Below are positions 27,984 to 37,551 of a stretch of DNA of 57,045 nucleotides, in pieces. The stretch is from Nitrospirota bacterium. Its GTDB lineage: Bacteria; Nitrospirota; Thermodesulfovibrionia; UBA6902. Positions within the stretch are counted from its first letter, which is position 1. Every line of letters starts with the position of its first letter. The position numbers were made by a program, and so were the translations under genes. The stretch is from positions 1 through 57,045 of the forward strand of contig JACRQA010000142.1 in the NCBI GenBank assembly GCA_016222915.1, given 5' to 3'. The notes beneath the pieces are model-generated. The model did no database searches. It was not told where the DNA came from and saw nothing but the letters and a program-made list of their open reading frames with translations.

Positions 27984-30128
27984 ATGAGTAGAATTGAGGA
28001 TAGCCTGGAAAAAGCAGTAAAATTAAGAACTGCGTCCGCTCCAGCAATACGAAAAGAACCTTTACCCCCTGATTTTTCAAGGTCATATTATGAAGACAGA
28101 GAGAAGCAACCTCACCTGCGAGACTATCTGGATATTCTGATTAGAAGAAAATGGATTGTAATTATTTTCCTGGTCTCAGTTGTTATAACAGGGACGATTG
28201 CAACTTTATTAATGAAGCCGTTATATAAGGCAACGACTACCATACAGTTGGGAAGTGGCAAAGCTGAAATAGTTACATTTAAAGATGTGTATAAAGTTGG
28301 TGGTGATCTTGAAACACAATACGAAATTTTAAATAGTAAGAATCTTGCAGAGAGAGTCGTCACAAGACTATCTTCAATGAATCTAGAAGAAGGTGGGGAA
28401 AAAATTTCAATTGGCGATGTCAAAGAAGGATTAGAAATTGAACCGATAAAGAAAACTGATCTTGTATCAGTTAATTTTATTGCACAGTCTCCAGAAGTAG
28501 CTGCATATATTGCTAATACCGTTGCTGATGAATATGTCAATTTCAGACAGGAGAGCAAGCTCAAGCCTTCGCAATTAGGAGGAATTAGGCTTAGAAAAGA
28601 AGTTGAAGATATAAGGGGCAAGCTTGAAGCCTCTGAAAAACAACTTAACGAATATGTCGCGAAAAGTAATTTTGTCTTTACCAGGAATGATAAAGATTAT
28701 GAAAATCTTCTTGCTCAAAAATATTCAGCACTTGACCAAGAGCTTAATAAGGTAACAGCAGAAAGGATCTCAACGGAAGCTATCTACGAAGAAGTTAAGA
28801 AATCCGGCATAGATTATAATGTTGTCCTTGAAAAGCCCATCATACAGTCTCTTATGAGAGATTATATTAAATTGGAATCCGAGTATTCCAATCTTTTGAT
28901 GATACATAAGCCCGAGTACCCTAAAATGCTTCAGCTCAAAGATCAGATAGAAACTATTAAGAAACGAATCGAAATTGAAGAACAAAATATTATTAATACC
29001 CTGCATTCAGATTATCAGTTGGCATTAAAGAAAGAAAAGTTGTTATCTTCGGCTATAGCAAAACTTCGCCTGGATGTTACGTCTCTTCAAAAGGATATGA
29101 TACAGTTTCAAATATTAAAGAGAGAGGTTGAGACAAACAGGACAATGTACGACACGCTTCTTCAGAGACTAAAAGAAGTCGACATTAGTACAACTCTTAC
29201 TGAAAGTGATGTACAAATTTTGGACAAAGCTCAAGTTCCCAAAAGCCCTTTCAAACCGCAAAAGGCTTATAACATTGCTTTATCATTATTATTTGGAATA
29301 TTTGGCGGTGTGTTTCTGGCCTTCTTTGTAGAGTATTTTGATAATACAATTAAGACTGATGCTGATATAGAAAGAATATCCCGTCTCCCTGTCATTGGTA
29401 GGATTCCCATATCAAAGACAAACACCAAAGAACTAATAAATGATGTCTCAAATGACGACTTGGCGTTTTCAGAGGCATTCAGATCCATAAGCACCGGCAT
29501 GCAATTTTCAAATACTTCGAGACTTCCCAAACCAATCCTAATTACGAGTCCTATGACTCAAGAGGGCAAAAGCACAATCTCGGCAAATATTGCAAAGAGT
29601 CTAATTAACTCACAGAGAAAGGGGATTATCATCGATGCGGACTTAAGAAGACCGGATATTCATGTGTTATATAATCTCGATAATTCTACAGGTCTATCTT
29701 CATATCTAACCGGGGAGTCCAAGTTCGACGCATTAATTAAAAAATCTCCTCACCCCGGTCTCGATGTTATTACAGCAGGCCCCATACCGCCAAATCCTTC
29801 AGAACTCTTAGATTCATCACAAATGAGAGAACTTATTGACGCTCTGTCAGCAGCTTATGATTATATAATAATTGATTCAGCGCCGGTTTTGGGCATGTCT
29901 GATAGTCTGGTCCTGTCAACAATTTCAGAAGGGGTAATATTGGTAGTGAAAGCCCAAAATACCCCTCTGGACGCCTTGACCCAGACTCATAAGGCCTTGA
30001 CGAATATTAATGCTAATACTGTAGGAGTCATTCTTAATGGAGTTGACATTAAATCGGGATATGCGTATTCATCTTATTATAATTCTCCTTACCTGAGTGA
30101 TAATAAGAAAAGTGAAAAATTACTGTAA
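27984..30128 (+). CDS. wzc: Polysaccharide co-polymerase / tyrosine autokinase (Wzc/GumC-like, PCP-2a)
   Basis: Two TM segments flank a long coiled-coil periplasmic domain. C-terminal P-loop (SPMTQEGKST), DADLRRP, and a Tyr-rich tail (GYAYSSYYNSPY). Confidence 0.85.
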   Translation: MSRIEDSLEKAVKLRTASAPAIRKEPLPPDFSRSYYEDREKQPHLRDYLDILIRRKWIVIIFLVSVVITGTIATLLMKPLYKATTTIQLGSGKAEIVTFKDVYKVGGDLETQYEILNSKNLAERVVTRLSSMNLEEGGEKISIGDVKEGLEIEPIKKTDLVSVNFIAQSPEVAAYIANTVADEYVNFRQESKLKPSQLGGIRLRKEVEDIRGKLEASEKQLNEYVAKSNFVFTRNDKDYENLLAQKYSALDQELNKVTAERISTEAIYEEVKKSGIDYNVVLEKPIIQSLMRDYIKLESEYSNLLMIHKPEYPKMLQLKDQIETIKKRIEIEEQNIINTLHSDYQLALKKEKLLSSAIAKLRLDVTSLQKDMIQFQILKREVETNRTMYDTLLQRLKEVDISTTLTESDVQILDKAQVPKSPFKPQKAYNIALSLLFGIFGGVFLAFFVEYFDNTIKTDADIERISRLPVIGRIPISKTNTKELINDVSNDDLAFSEAFRSISTGMQFSNTSRLPKPILITSPMTQEGKSTISANIAKSLINSQRKGIIIDADLRRPDIHVLYNLDNSTGLSSYLTGESKFDALIKKSPHPGLDVITAGPIPPNPSELLDSSQMRELIDALSAAYDYIIIDSAPVLGMSDSLVLSTISEGVILVVKAQNTPLDALTQTHKALTNINANTVGVILNGVDIKSGYAYSSYYNSPYLSDNKKSEKLL

Positions 30129-30163
30129 TAATATAAGTTAAATTGGAAGTTGTAATAATATGT

Positions 30164-30748
30164 ATGGGTGAACAGTTCAGAGCAGAGACAGTTAATGATT
30201 TAAATTTCAGATTTTTTAGCGTGGCAGCCCTCATAAAAAAGGTCAAGAGGGGAATTGGGACAGAAGAACTTTACAGAGAAGCAGAAAGAAAATTTGATAC
30301 ATTAATTGAACTGTTAAGTGATTCAGATATAGATAGAGCATTAATTGCCGGGATTGGGTACTCGCTGGATGAACTCAAAGAGATATCACTTTTAATTTTT
30401 AATCGTATAATTTCTCATACAAGTACAAATCCTTATATTACCCTCTGTGTCTCAGAGGAAGCTTCTTTGGAGGAAATTAAACGTAGGAGGAATAAGCTTC
30501 TATATATATTTCATCCGGATAGAAATCCAAATGAACTTACTAATAAAACCAATACTATGAAAATAAATGAAGCATACAGTCTAATTTCAAATAAGTACTA
30601 TAAAGCAGGCGACCAATTTCGATATGTCAAAACAAGGGGGCCACGTTATCATTCCAGCAGAAAGAAAAAGACGTTCATGTTTTTTATTATTTTAATCATG
30701 TTCATTCTTATTTTCTGGATGGTTATTAAAAGCTGTAATTTATTTTAG
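30164..30748 (+). CDS. Tail-anchored J-domain (DnaJ-like) protein
   Basis: J-domain NPYITLCVSEEASLEEIKRRRNKLLYIFHPDRNP...INEAYSLIS with the HPD tripeptide. C-terminal TM FMFFIILIMFILIFWMVI. ATG 30164 is preferred over the track's TTG 30143. Confidence 0.7.
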   Translation: MGEQFRAETVNDLNFRFFSVAALIKKVKRGIGTEELYREAERKFDTLIELLSDSDIDRALIAGIGYSLDELKEISLLIFNRIISHTSTNPYITLCVSEEASLEEIKRRRNKLLYIFHPDRNPNELTNKTNTMKINEAYSLISNKYYKAGDQFRYVKTRGPRYHSSRKKKTFMFFIILIMFILIFWMVIKSCNLF

Positions 30749-30834
30749 ATATATCGTGTTAGTTTTACGCAGAAAAAGTATGATATACTTTTTTTAGCTA
30801 ATCTTTAGGGAATAAATCTGAACAGTTATTATGA

Positions 30835-32982
30835 ATGCTGGACTTCTTCATGAGCGAAACTGAAAAGAAAGCTCTATTTGATCCCTCTAAGCAAGATATG
30901 AGTCATTTTGTTACAAATATCTATCGGATTATTCAGGACATTATCATTAAGAATAGGCGTTCTGTTTTAATTATTACTCATTTTATACATATAACCCTAG
31001 CATATTATTTATCATTTGTTATCAGATTTGAATCGGTCATTTCTCCGGAATATCTAAATATGATGCTGGCATTTTTCCCCATAATTATGATTATTCGTCT
31101 TATATTATTTTCGCAGGCAGGTCTTTATAAGGACATGTGGGGTTATTCAAGTATTGGCGATATGATTAAGGTCGTAAGATCTATATCAGTTGGAAGTGTT
31201 ATATTTTTTATTGTAGTCAGATATCTGATTGGCAACAAATCATTTCCCGTATCTATTTATATACTCGAATGGCTGCTACTTATTATAATTTCGGGTGGAA
31301 ACAGACTGTCAATACGGGTCTTAAGAGAATACCTGCACGCCAGTTCTTCAGGGAAAAAAATACTTATTGTCGGTGCTGGAGATGCGGGAGATATAATCGT
31401 TAGAGATATAAAAAGCAACCGTAAATCGTCTTATGAACCTATCGGGTTTATTGATGAAGATATCCACAAGAAAGGGCTCAGAATACATGGGGTCCCCATA
31501 TTCGGGCCGATAGACATAATCCAGGAAGTTATAGAAAAGCATAAACCGGAAGAAGTATTGATCGCTTTATCTTCTATGGATAATAATAACATCAGAAGGA
31601 TTTATGAACTTTGCAAACCATACAATATAGGTATAAAAAAGCTGCCGGAATTAAATGAAATACTTGAGGGTAATTTTGCCATTACGAAAAAACTCGGTGA
31701 GCATTTGGTCCAGGCAAACCTTGTAACCGAGGAGAAAATACAGGAGGCCTTAGCCCTCCAAAAGAAAGAAGGTGGACGGCTTGGATCAAAACTTATAAAA
31801 CTCGGATATATTTCAGAAGAAAGACTTGTCTCATTTCTTAATAAGCAATTTGGTATTTCACATATGAAACCTATCTCACTTGAAGACCTCTTACAGAGGG
31901 AACCGGTGCAGACAAATATTCAATCGGTGAAGAAATTTATTGAGAATAAGTCTGTTATGGTCACCGGCGCCGGGGGTTCAATCGGGTCGGAACTTTGCAG
32001 GCAGATAATGAAGTATTATCCCTCCAATTTAGTACTCTTTGAAAGATATGAGAATAATCTATTCAAAATCGATCAGGAACTAACGGCAATCAGAAATAAT
32101 AATGGAGAGGTCCATATTCCGATTACACCTGTTATTGGAGATATAACGGATATAGCGTCATTAGAACATGTATTTTCAAAATACAGGCCGCAGATAATTT
32201 TTCATGCCGCTGCACATAAGCATGTGCCTTTAATGGAATATAACCCGATTGAGGCTGTGAAGAATAATATTATAGGAACAAAAAATGTCATAGATTATGC
32301 TTCGGAATACAATGCTGATAATTTTGTAATGATTTCTACAGATAAGGCTGTAAATCCGACAAGTATCATGGGAGCGACTAAACGTATAGCCGAATTTTTA
32401 GCTACAACAAGAAATATTTCTTCAGATTCCAAGTTCACAACTGTAAGATTCGGGAATGTCCTTGGGAGCAACGGAAGTGTCATCCCGACATTTAAACAAC
32501 AAATCAAAAATGGAGGTCCGGTAACAGTTACACATCCTGATATTAAAAGATTCTTTATGCTCATTCCTGAAGCTGTGCAACTGGTATTATTGGCCGCCTC
32601 ATCAGGGAATGGAGGAGAGATATTTGTCCTGGACATGGGAGAACAGATAAAGATCGGGGCACTGGCAGAAAATCTTATAAGACTCTCAGGTTTTATTCCC
32701 AATAAGGAAATAAAGATCAAGTATACAGGATTAAGACCAGGAGAAAAACTATATGAAGAGCTTTTTGATAAATCAGAAAAAACTACCCCTACATTTCATC
32801 ATAAATTCAAAATGGCTATCCCGGAAATACCTTCCTATGATTTACTTATGAAATATATATCTGAACTTGAGAACATTGTTCAAAATAACGAATTGGATAA
32901 GATAATACCTACTATCAAAAAAATAGTTCCGAATTTCCAGCATGAAGAAATTTTACAGGCAGATTATAGGATGATAATATAG
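30835..32982 (+). CDS. CapD/WbpM/PglF-like membrane-anchored NDP-sugar 4,6-dehydratase with an inserted MshEN-like segment
   Basis: N-terminal TM bundle. First Rossmann-like segment (KILIVGAGDAG). C-terminal SDR (VTGAGGSIGSEL, STDKAVNPTSIMGATKR). Between them lies KLGEHLVQANLVTEEKIQEALALQ-KKEGG-RLGSKLIKLGYISEERLVSFLNKQ. Confidence 0.85.
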   Translation: MLDFFMSETEKKALFDPSKQDMSHFVTNIYRIIQDIIIKNRRSVLIITHFIHITLAYYLSFVIRFESVISPEYLNMMLAFFPIIMIIRLILFSQAGLYKDMWGYSSIGDMIKVVRSISVGSVIFFIVVRYLIGNKSFPVSIYILEWLLLIIISGGNRLSIRVLREYLHASSSGKKILIVGAGDAGDIIVRDIKSNRKSSYEPIGFIDEDIHKKGLRIHGVPIFGPIDIIQEVIEKHKPEEVLIALSSMDNNNIRRIYELCKPYNIGIKKLPELNEILEGNFAITKKLGEHLVQANLVTEEKIQEALALQKKEGGRLGSKLIKLGYISEERLVSFLNKQFGISHMKPISLEDLLQREPVQTNIQSVKKFIENKSVMVTGAGGSIGSELCRQIMKYYPSNLVLFERYENNLFKIDQELTAIRNNNGEVHIPITPVIGDITDIASLEHVFSKYRPQIIFHAAAHKHVPLMEYNPIEAVKNNIIGTKNVIDYASEYNADNFVMISTDKAVNPTSIMGATKRIAEFLATTRNISSDSKFTTVRFGNVLGSNGSVIPTFKQQIKNGGPVTVTHPDIKRFFMLIPEAVQLVLLAASSGNGGEIFVLDMGEQIKIGALAENLIRLSGFIPNKEIKIKYTGLRPGEKLYEELFDKSEKTTPTFHHKFKMAIPEIPSYDLLMKYISELENIVQNNELDKIIPTIKKIVPNFQHEEILQADYRMII

Positions 32983-33180
32983 CAATAACTATTATGATGT
33001 TAGATGAAGCTTCCTCAAATATATTTCTATATAAAAATCCCCACAAAAAAAGTCCTGAAAATGCCCCTGAAATGCCTGATGGACAAAGTGCGACCATTTG
33101 AATATCTGATCTGCAATATGTTGGATTATATTGAGCGGTCTTAAGAAAAGAAGTATGATTTTATTTAAAAAGGAGACTAT

Positions 33181-33954
33181 ATGAAAGTTGTAATTCTTGC
33201 CGGTGGATTTGGCACCCGTTTGTCTGAAGAGACGGGCGTACGTCCAAAGCCGATGGTAGAGATAGGTGGAAGACCCATTCTCTGGCATATCATGAAAATA
33301 TATACGGCCTATGGTCTAAATGATTTTATTATTTGTCTTGGTTACAAAGGTTACTTTATCAAAGAGTATTTTTCCAAGTATTTTCTACACATGTCGGATA
33401 TTACTTTCGACATCAAAAATAACAGCATGCAGGTACATAATAATGATGTTGAACCGTGGAAGGTCACTTTGATTGATACCGGTGAGAAGACGATGACGGG
33501 AGGACGTCTTAAACGAGTCGCGGATTATATTGGCAATGAGCCGTGCTGTTTTACTTATGGAGACGGTGTTACTGATTTGAATATTAATGAATTAATAGCC
33601 TTTCATAAAACTCAAAAGTCGCTGGCTACGTTAACTGCAGTTCAGCCGCCGGGAAGGTTCGGGGTCATTAATATAACCGAAGATCATAACAGGATACTGA
33701 GTTTTAAAGAGAAGCCTAAAGGCGACGGCTCCTGGGTAAATGCAGGCTTCTTCGTATTGGAGCCAGGCGTGTTTGATTATATCTCGGATGATTCAACTAT
33801 ATGGGAACAGGAGCCGATGCATAATCTGGCAAATGACGGAATGTTATCGGCTTTTAGACATTACGGTTTTTGGCAGCCTATGGATACCTTGCGCGACAAG
33901 TCTTACCTTGAAGAAATTTGGAACTCTGGGAAAGCGCCGTGGAAAGTATGGTAA
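33181..33954 (+). CDS. rfbF: Glucose-1-phosphate cytidylyltransferase
   Basis: MKVVILAGGFGTRLSEETGVRPKPMVEIGGRPILWHIM... Length 257 aa, typical of RfbF. Confidence 0.9.
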   Translation: MKVVILAGGFGTRLSEETGVRPKPMVEIGGRPILWHIMKIYTAYGLNDFIICLGYKGYFIKEYFSKYFLHMSDITFDIKNNSMQVHNNDVEPWKVTLIDTGEKTMTGGRLKRVADYIGNEPCCFTYGDGVTDLNINELIAFHKTQKSLATLTAVQPPGRFGVINITEDHNRILSFKEKPKGDGSWVNAGFFVLEPGVFDYISDDSTIWEQEPMHNLANDGMLSAFRHYGFWQPMDTLRDKSYLEEIWNSGKAPWKVW

Positions 33955-33958
33955 TTGG

Positions 33959-35158
33959 GTGAAAAGCGCGGACTTCGTCGTCATAGGCGGCGGGATAATA
34001 GGCGTTAATGTGGCGCGGGAACTGAAAAAAATATATCCCGATTCCAAAGTGGTTTTGATGGAAAAGGAAAAGGAGTGCGGCTTGCATGCAAGCGGCCGGA
34101 ACAGCGGTGTTCTGCATGCCGGATTCTATTATTCAAGTGACAGCTTAAAGGCGAGATTTACCCGAACCGGCAATAAGCTGTTAACTGAATATTGTGAAGC
34201 TAAAAATATTGCAATTAATAAGTGCGGCAAATTAGTTGTTGCTATGGATTCGAGTGAGCTCAAGTCCCTTGATGAACTGTTTAAAAGGGGCAAATTAAAC
34301 GGCATTGATTTGGAGGAAGTTTCAGAAGAAGAGGCAAAGAGAATAGAGCCCCGTGTCAAGACGTGCGGCAGGGCGCTTTTTTCTCCGACAACGTCAACAG
34401 TTGATCCGATGGAAGTCATGCAAGCGATGAAACATGATGCTGTTAGTGAGGGGGTGGGAATTCATTCTGATGTGTGTTTCATTAAAAAAAGATCACAAGA
34501 CATATTCACCTCTAAAGGCGCTTATCGGGCGGGCTACATAGTGAATGCCGCCGGCCTTTATGCAGACAAAATTGCCCTGGAGTTCGGGTTCTCGGAGAAG
34601 TATCGCATTCTCCCCTTTAAAGGTCTTTATTTATATTCTAATGAACCGGCGGGAGCTATTAAAACAAATATATACCCCGTCCCAAATCTGAAGAATCCAT
34701 TTCTTGGAGTTCATTTTACAGTCACTGTAAATGGTAAAATCAAAATAGGTCCGACTGCCATACCGGCCTTCTGGCGTGAGCACTACGGAGGGCTTGAAAA
34801 TTTCAAATTATCTGAAATGGCCGAGATATTAATGAGAGAAGCAGGCCTGTTCGCTTCCTCCGGGTTTGATTTTAAGAGGCTGGCGTTAGAAGAAATAAAG
34901 AAGTACTCAAGTGAAAGAATGGTATCATTGGCATCAGCGCTTATAGAGGACATTAAAAAAGAGAACTATAACAAATGGGGCAAACCCGGAATACGAGCAC
35001 AATTGCTGAATATAAAAGAGAGAAAGCTCGAAATGGATTTTGTGCTTGAAGGTGATGATAAGTCTATGCATGTATTGAATGCGGTTTCTCCGGCTTTTAC
35101 GTGTTCAATTCCATTTTCACAGTACATTTGCAAAGAAATACAATCACGATTAAATTGA
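33959..35158 (+). CDS. FAD-dependent oxidoreductase (DAO family, LhgO-like)
   Basis: DFVVIGGGIIGVNVAREL dinucleotide fold, then GLHASGRNSGVLHAGFYY. GTG 33959 is used as the start. The track's 33740 start would overlap rfbF by 215 nt. Confidence 0.75.
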   Translation: MKSADFVVIGGGIIGVNVARELKKIYPDSKVVLMEKEKECGLHASGRNSGVLHAGFYYSSDSLKARFTRTGNKLLTEYCEAKNIAINKCGKLVVAMDSSELKSLDELFKRGKLNGIDLEEVSEEEAKRIEPRVKTCGRALFSPTTSTVDPMEVMQAMKHDAVSEGVGIHSDVCFIKKRSQDIFTSKGAYRAGYIVNAAGLYADKIALEFGFSEKYRILPFKGLYLYSNEPAGAIKTNIYPVPNLKNPFLGVHFTVTVNGKIKIGPTAIPAFWREHYGGLENFKLSEMAEILMREAGLFASSGFDFKRLALEEIKKYSSERMVSLASALIEDIKKENYNKWGKPGIRAQLLNIKERKLEMDFVLEGDDKSMHVLNAVSPAFTCSIPFSQYICKEIQSRLN

Positions 35159-35177
35159 GAAAGTAAGAGGACCAACT

Positions 35178-36239
35178 ATGAAAATACTGATTACCGGCAA
35201 TATGGGTTATATCGGTCCGTGCGTTGTGCAGAGATTACGGGTTTCGTTTCCCGATGCGACGCTCTTAGGGCTTGATATGGGATATTTTGCAAACTGTCTT
35301 ACAAATGCGGTAATCCTGCCTGAATGCAGGGTGGACGCGCAATATTTTACAGACGTGAGAAATATTTCCGAAGAGTTGTTCAGAGGCGTGGATGCTATAG
35401 TTCATCTTGCCGCAATATCAAATGATCCCATGGGCAACACGTTTGAAAAAGTGACATTTGATATTAATCATATGGCAAGTATAGACCTGGCAAAAAAAGC
35501 TAAGAGCGCCGGGGTGAAAAGCTTTGTTTACGCATCAAGCTGCAGCATGTACGGCGCTGCCGATGACGGGCCGAGAAGCGAAAAGTCCCCGGTCAATCCT
35601 CTTACTGCATATGCAAAATCCAAGATTGCCACCGAGAACGATCTTGAAAAAATAGCGGACAGCGGCTTTAAAGTGACATCCCTCAGATTTTCAACTGCAT
35701 GCGGCTTCAGTGAGAGGTTAAGGCTGGATTTGGTGTTGAATGATTTCGTCGCATGCGCGGTTTCTTCTAGAAAGATTACTATCCTAAGCGACGGCACTCC
35801 CTGGAGGCCGTTGATAAATATTAAAGACATGGCAAGAGCGATAGATTGGGCCATCAGCAGGGAGCCGCAAAATGGCGGAGCTTTTCTTGCAATAAACATC
35901 GGAAGCGATGTCTGGAACTACCAGGTCAAAGAGCTTGCTGAGGCAGTGGCTGAAGTCATTCCCGGGGTGGAAGTCTCAATCAACAAGAACGCCCAGCCTG
36001 ATAAGCGCTCATATAGGGTAAGCTTTAAACTGTTTAAGGAATTGGCCCCGGAATATCAACCGGAAGTAAGCCTTAAAGAAACCATCCAGGAATTAAAAAA
36101 TGGCCTGGAAGCAATGAACTTCAGCGACGGGAATTTCCGGAACTCCGGATTCATGAGATTGAAGGTATTGACCCATTTGAGGGAACAAGGTCTTTTGACG
36201 GAGAATCTTGAATGGGCAAAGAATGGGAGCAAGACATAA
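35178..36239 (+). CDS. NAD-dependent epimerase/reductase (extended SDR)
   Basis: ILITGNMGYIG, SSCSMYG and YAKSK catalytic motifs. Lacks the TDE signature of 4,6-dehydratases. Confidence 0.8.
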   Translation: MKILITGNMGYIGPCVVQRLRVSFPDATLLGLDMGYFANCLTNAVILPECRVDAQYFTDVRNISEELFRGVDAIVHLAAISNDPMGNTFEKVTFDINHMASIDLAKKAKSAGVKSFVYASSCSMYGAADDGPRSEKSPVNPLTAYAKSKIATENDLEKIADSGFKVTSLRFSTACGFSERLRLDLVLNDFVACAVSSRKITILSDGTPWRPLINIKDMARAIDWAISREPQNGGAFLAINIGSDVWNYQVKELAEAVAEVIPGVEVSINKNAQPDKRSYRVSFKLFKELAPEYQPEVSLKETIQELKNGLEAMNFSDGNFRNSGFMRLKVLTHLREQGLLTENLEWAKNGSKT

Positions 36240-36241
36240 TT

Positions 36242-37549
36242 ATGAATTTTTCAAAATCTGATCTGCTTCGTAAAAGATTTCACGAAATTATTCCCGGCGG
36301 ATCTCATACCTATGCCAAAGGCGACGACCAATTCCCGGAGTTTTTACAGCCATACATTGTCCGCGGGCAGGGCTGCCACGTTTGGGATGCGGATGGGAAT
36401 GAATTTATTGAATACGGCATGGGACTACGCGCTGTTACACTCGGCCATGCATACAAGCAGGTTACCGATGCCGCCTGTAAGCAAATGCTCATGGGCAGTA
36501 ATTTTATAAGGCCGGCATCTATCGAACTGGAATGCGCTGAAGAATTATTATGCATGATCAGTGGCGCGGAAATGGTGAAGTTCGGTAAAAACGGATCTGA
36601 TGTCACAAGCGCGGCAATAAAACTTTCGAGGGCTTATACCGGAAGGGAAATGGTTGCCATCTGTAAGGACCACCCTTTCTTCTCAGCAGACGATTGGTTT
36701 ATAGGCACAACGCCCATGTCGTCCGGGATACCCAACGCGATTAAGGACTTGACTATAAAATTTCCATACAATGACGTTGAAAGCCTTAAAGCGCTCTTCA
36801 GCCAGTATCAAGGTAAGATAGCTTGTGTAATTTTAGAACCTGAAAAAGACAGAGTGCCTGAGAATAATTTTTTACAAGAGGTCCAACAGGTATGCAGAGA
36901 GAACGGGACGGTTCTTATATTTGATGAAATGATTACCGGATTTCGCTGGCATAACGGAGGAGCGCAGGGTTATTACGGAATAACGCCGGATTTATCAGCC
37001 TTTGGAAAAGCCATGGGCAACGGGTTTTCCGTGTCTGCGCTTACAGGGAAAAAAGAACTGATGAAGCTGGGAGGGCTTGACCACGACAGAGAACGGGTCT
37101 TCCTGCTGTCTTTGACCCATGGAGCGGAAACTCATTCATTGGCAGCCGCGATAGAGACAATGAGAACATATAAAAATGAACCGGTAATAGATGTTCTCTG
37201 GGCGCAGGGGGAAAAGCTGGCCAAAGGAATCAATAAGTCCATCGATGAATATAAGCTTAACGGTCATTTCGAAGTCATGGGAAAACCTTGCTGTCTTGTT
37301 TATACGACGCGGGACCAGGACAAGCAGCCTTCTCAACACTTCAGGACATTGCTTCTTCAGGAAACCATCAAGCGCGGCCTGCTTGCAACGAGTCTTGTAG
37401 TCAGCTATTCACACGATGATGCGGACATTGACAGGACAGTAGCGGCATTTCATGAAGCCTTATATATTTACCGGAAGGCGCTGGATGAAGGTGTCGAAAA
37501 ATACCTTGTCGGAAGACCCGTAAAACCGGTATGGCGCAAACATAATTAA
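36242..37549 (+). CDS. Class-III (GSA-aminomutase-like) PLP aminotransferase
   Basis: IPGGSHTY, FDEMITGFR, and SAFGKAMGNG (PLP Lys). ATG 36242 lies 3 nt after the preceding stop. Confidence 0.8.
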   Translation: MNFSKSDLLRKRFHEIIPGGSHTYAKGDDQFPEFLQPYIVRGQGCHVWDADGNEFIEYGMGLRAVTLGHAYKQVTDAACKQMLMGSNFIRPASIELECAEELLCMISGAEMVKFGKNGSDVTSAAIKLSRAYTGREMVAICKDHPFFSADDWFIGTTPMSSGIPNAIKDLTIKFPYNDVESLKALFSQYQGKIACVILEPEKDRVPENNFLQEVQQVCRENGTVLIFDEMITGFRWHNGGAQGYYGITPDLSAFGKAMGNGFSVSALTGKKELMKLGGLDHDRERVFLLSLTHGAETHSLAAAIETMRTYKNEPVIDVLWAQGEKLAKGINKSIDEYKLNGHFEVMGKPCCLVYTTRDQDKQPSQHFRTLLLQETIKRGLLATSLVVSYSHDDADIDRTVAAFHEALYIYRKALDEGVEKYLVGRPVKPVWRKHN

Positions 37550-37551
37550 CA

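Noticed and set aside
33740-33958. N-terminal 73-codon extension of the FAD-oxidoreductase ORF as given in the track.
   Set aside because: It overlaps the 3' end of rfbF by 215 nt in another frame. The GxGxxG fold begins right after GTG 33959, which gives a typical ~399-aa DAO-family protein.
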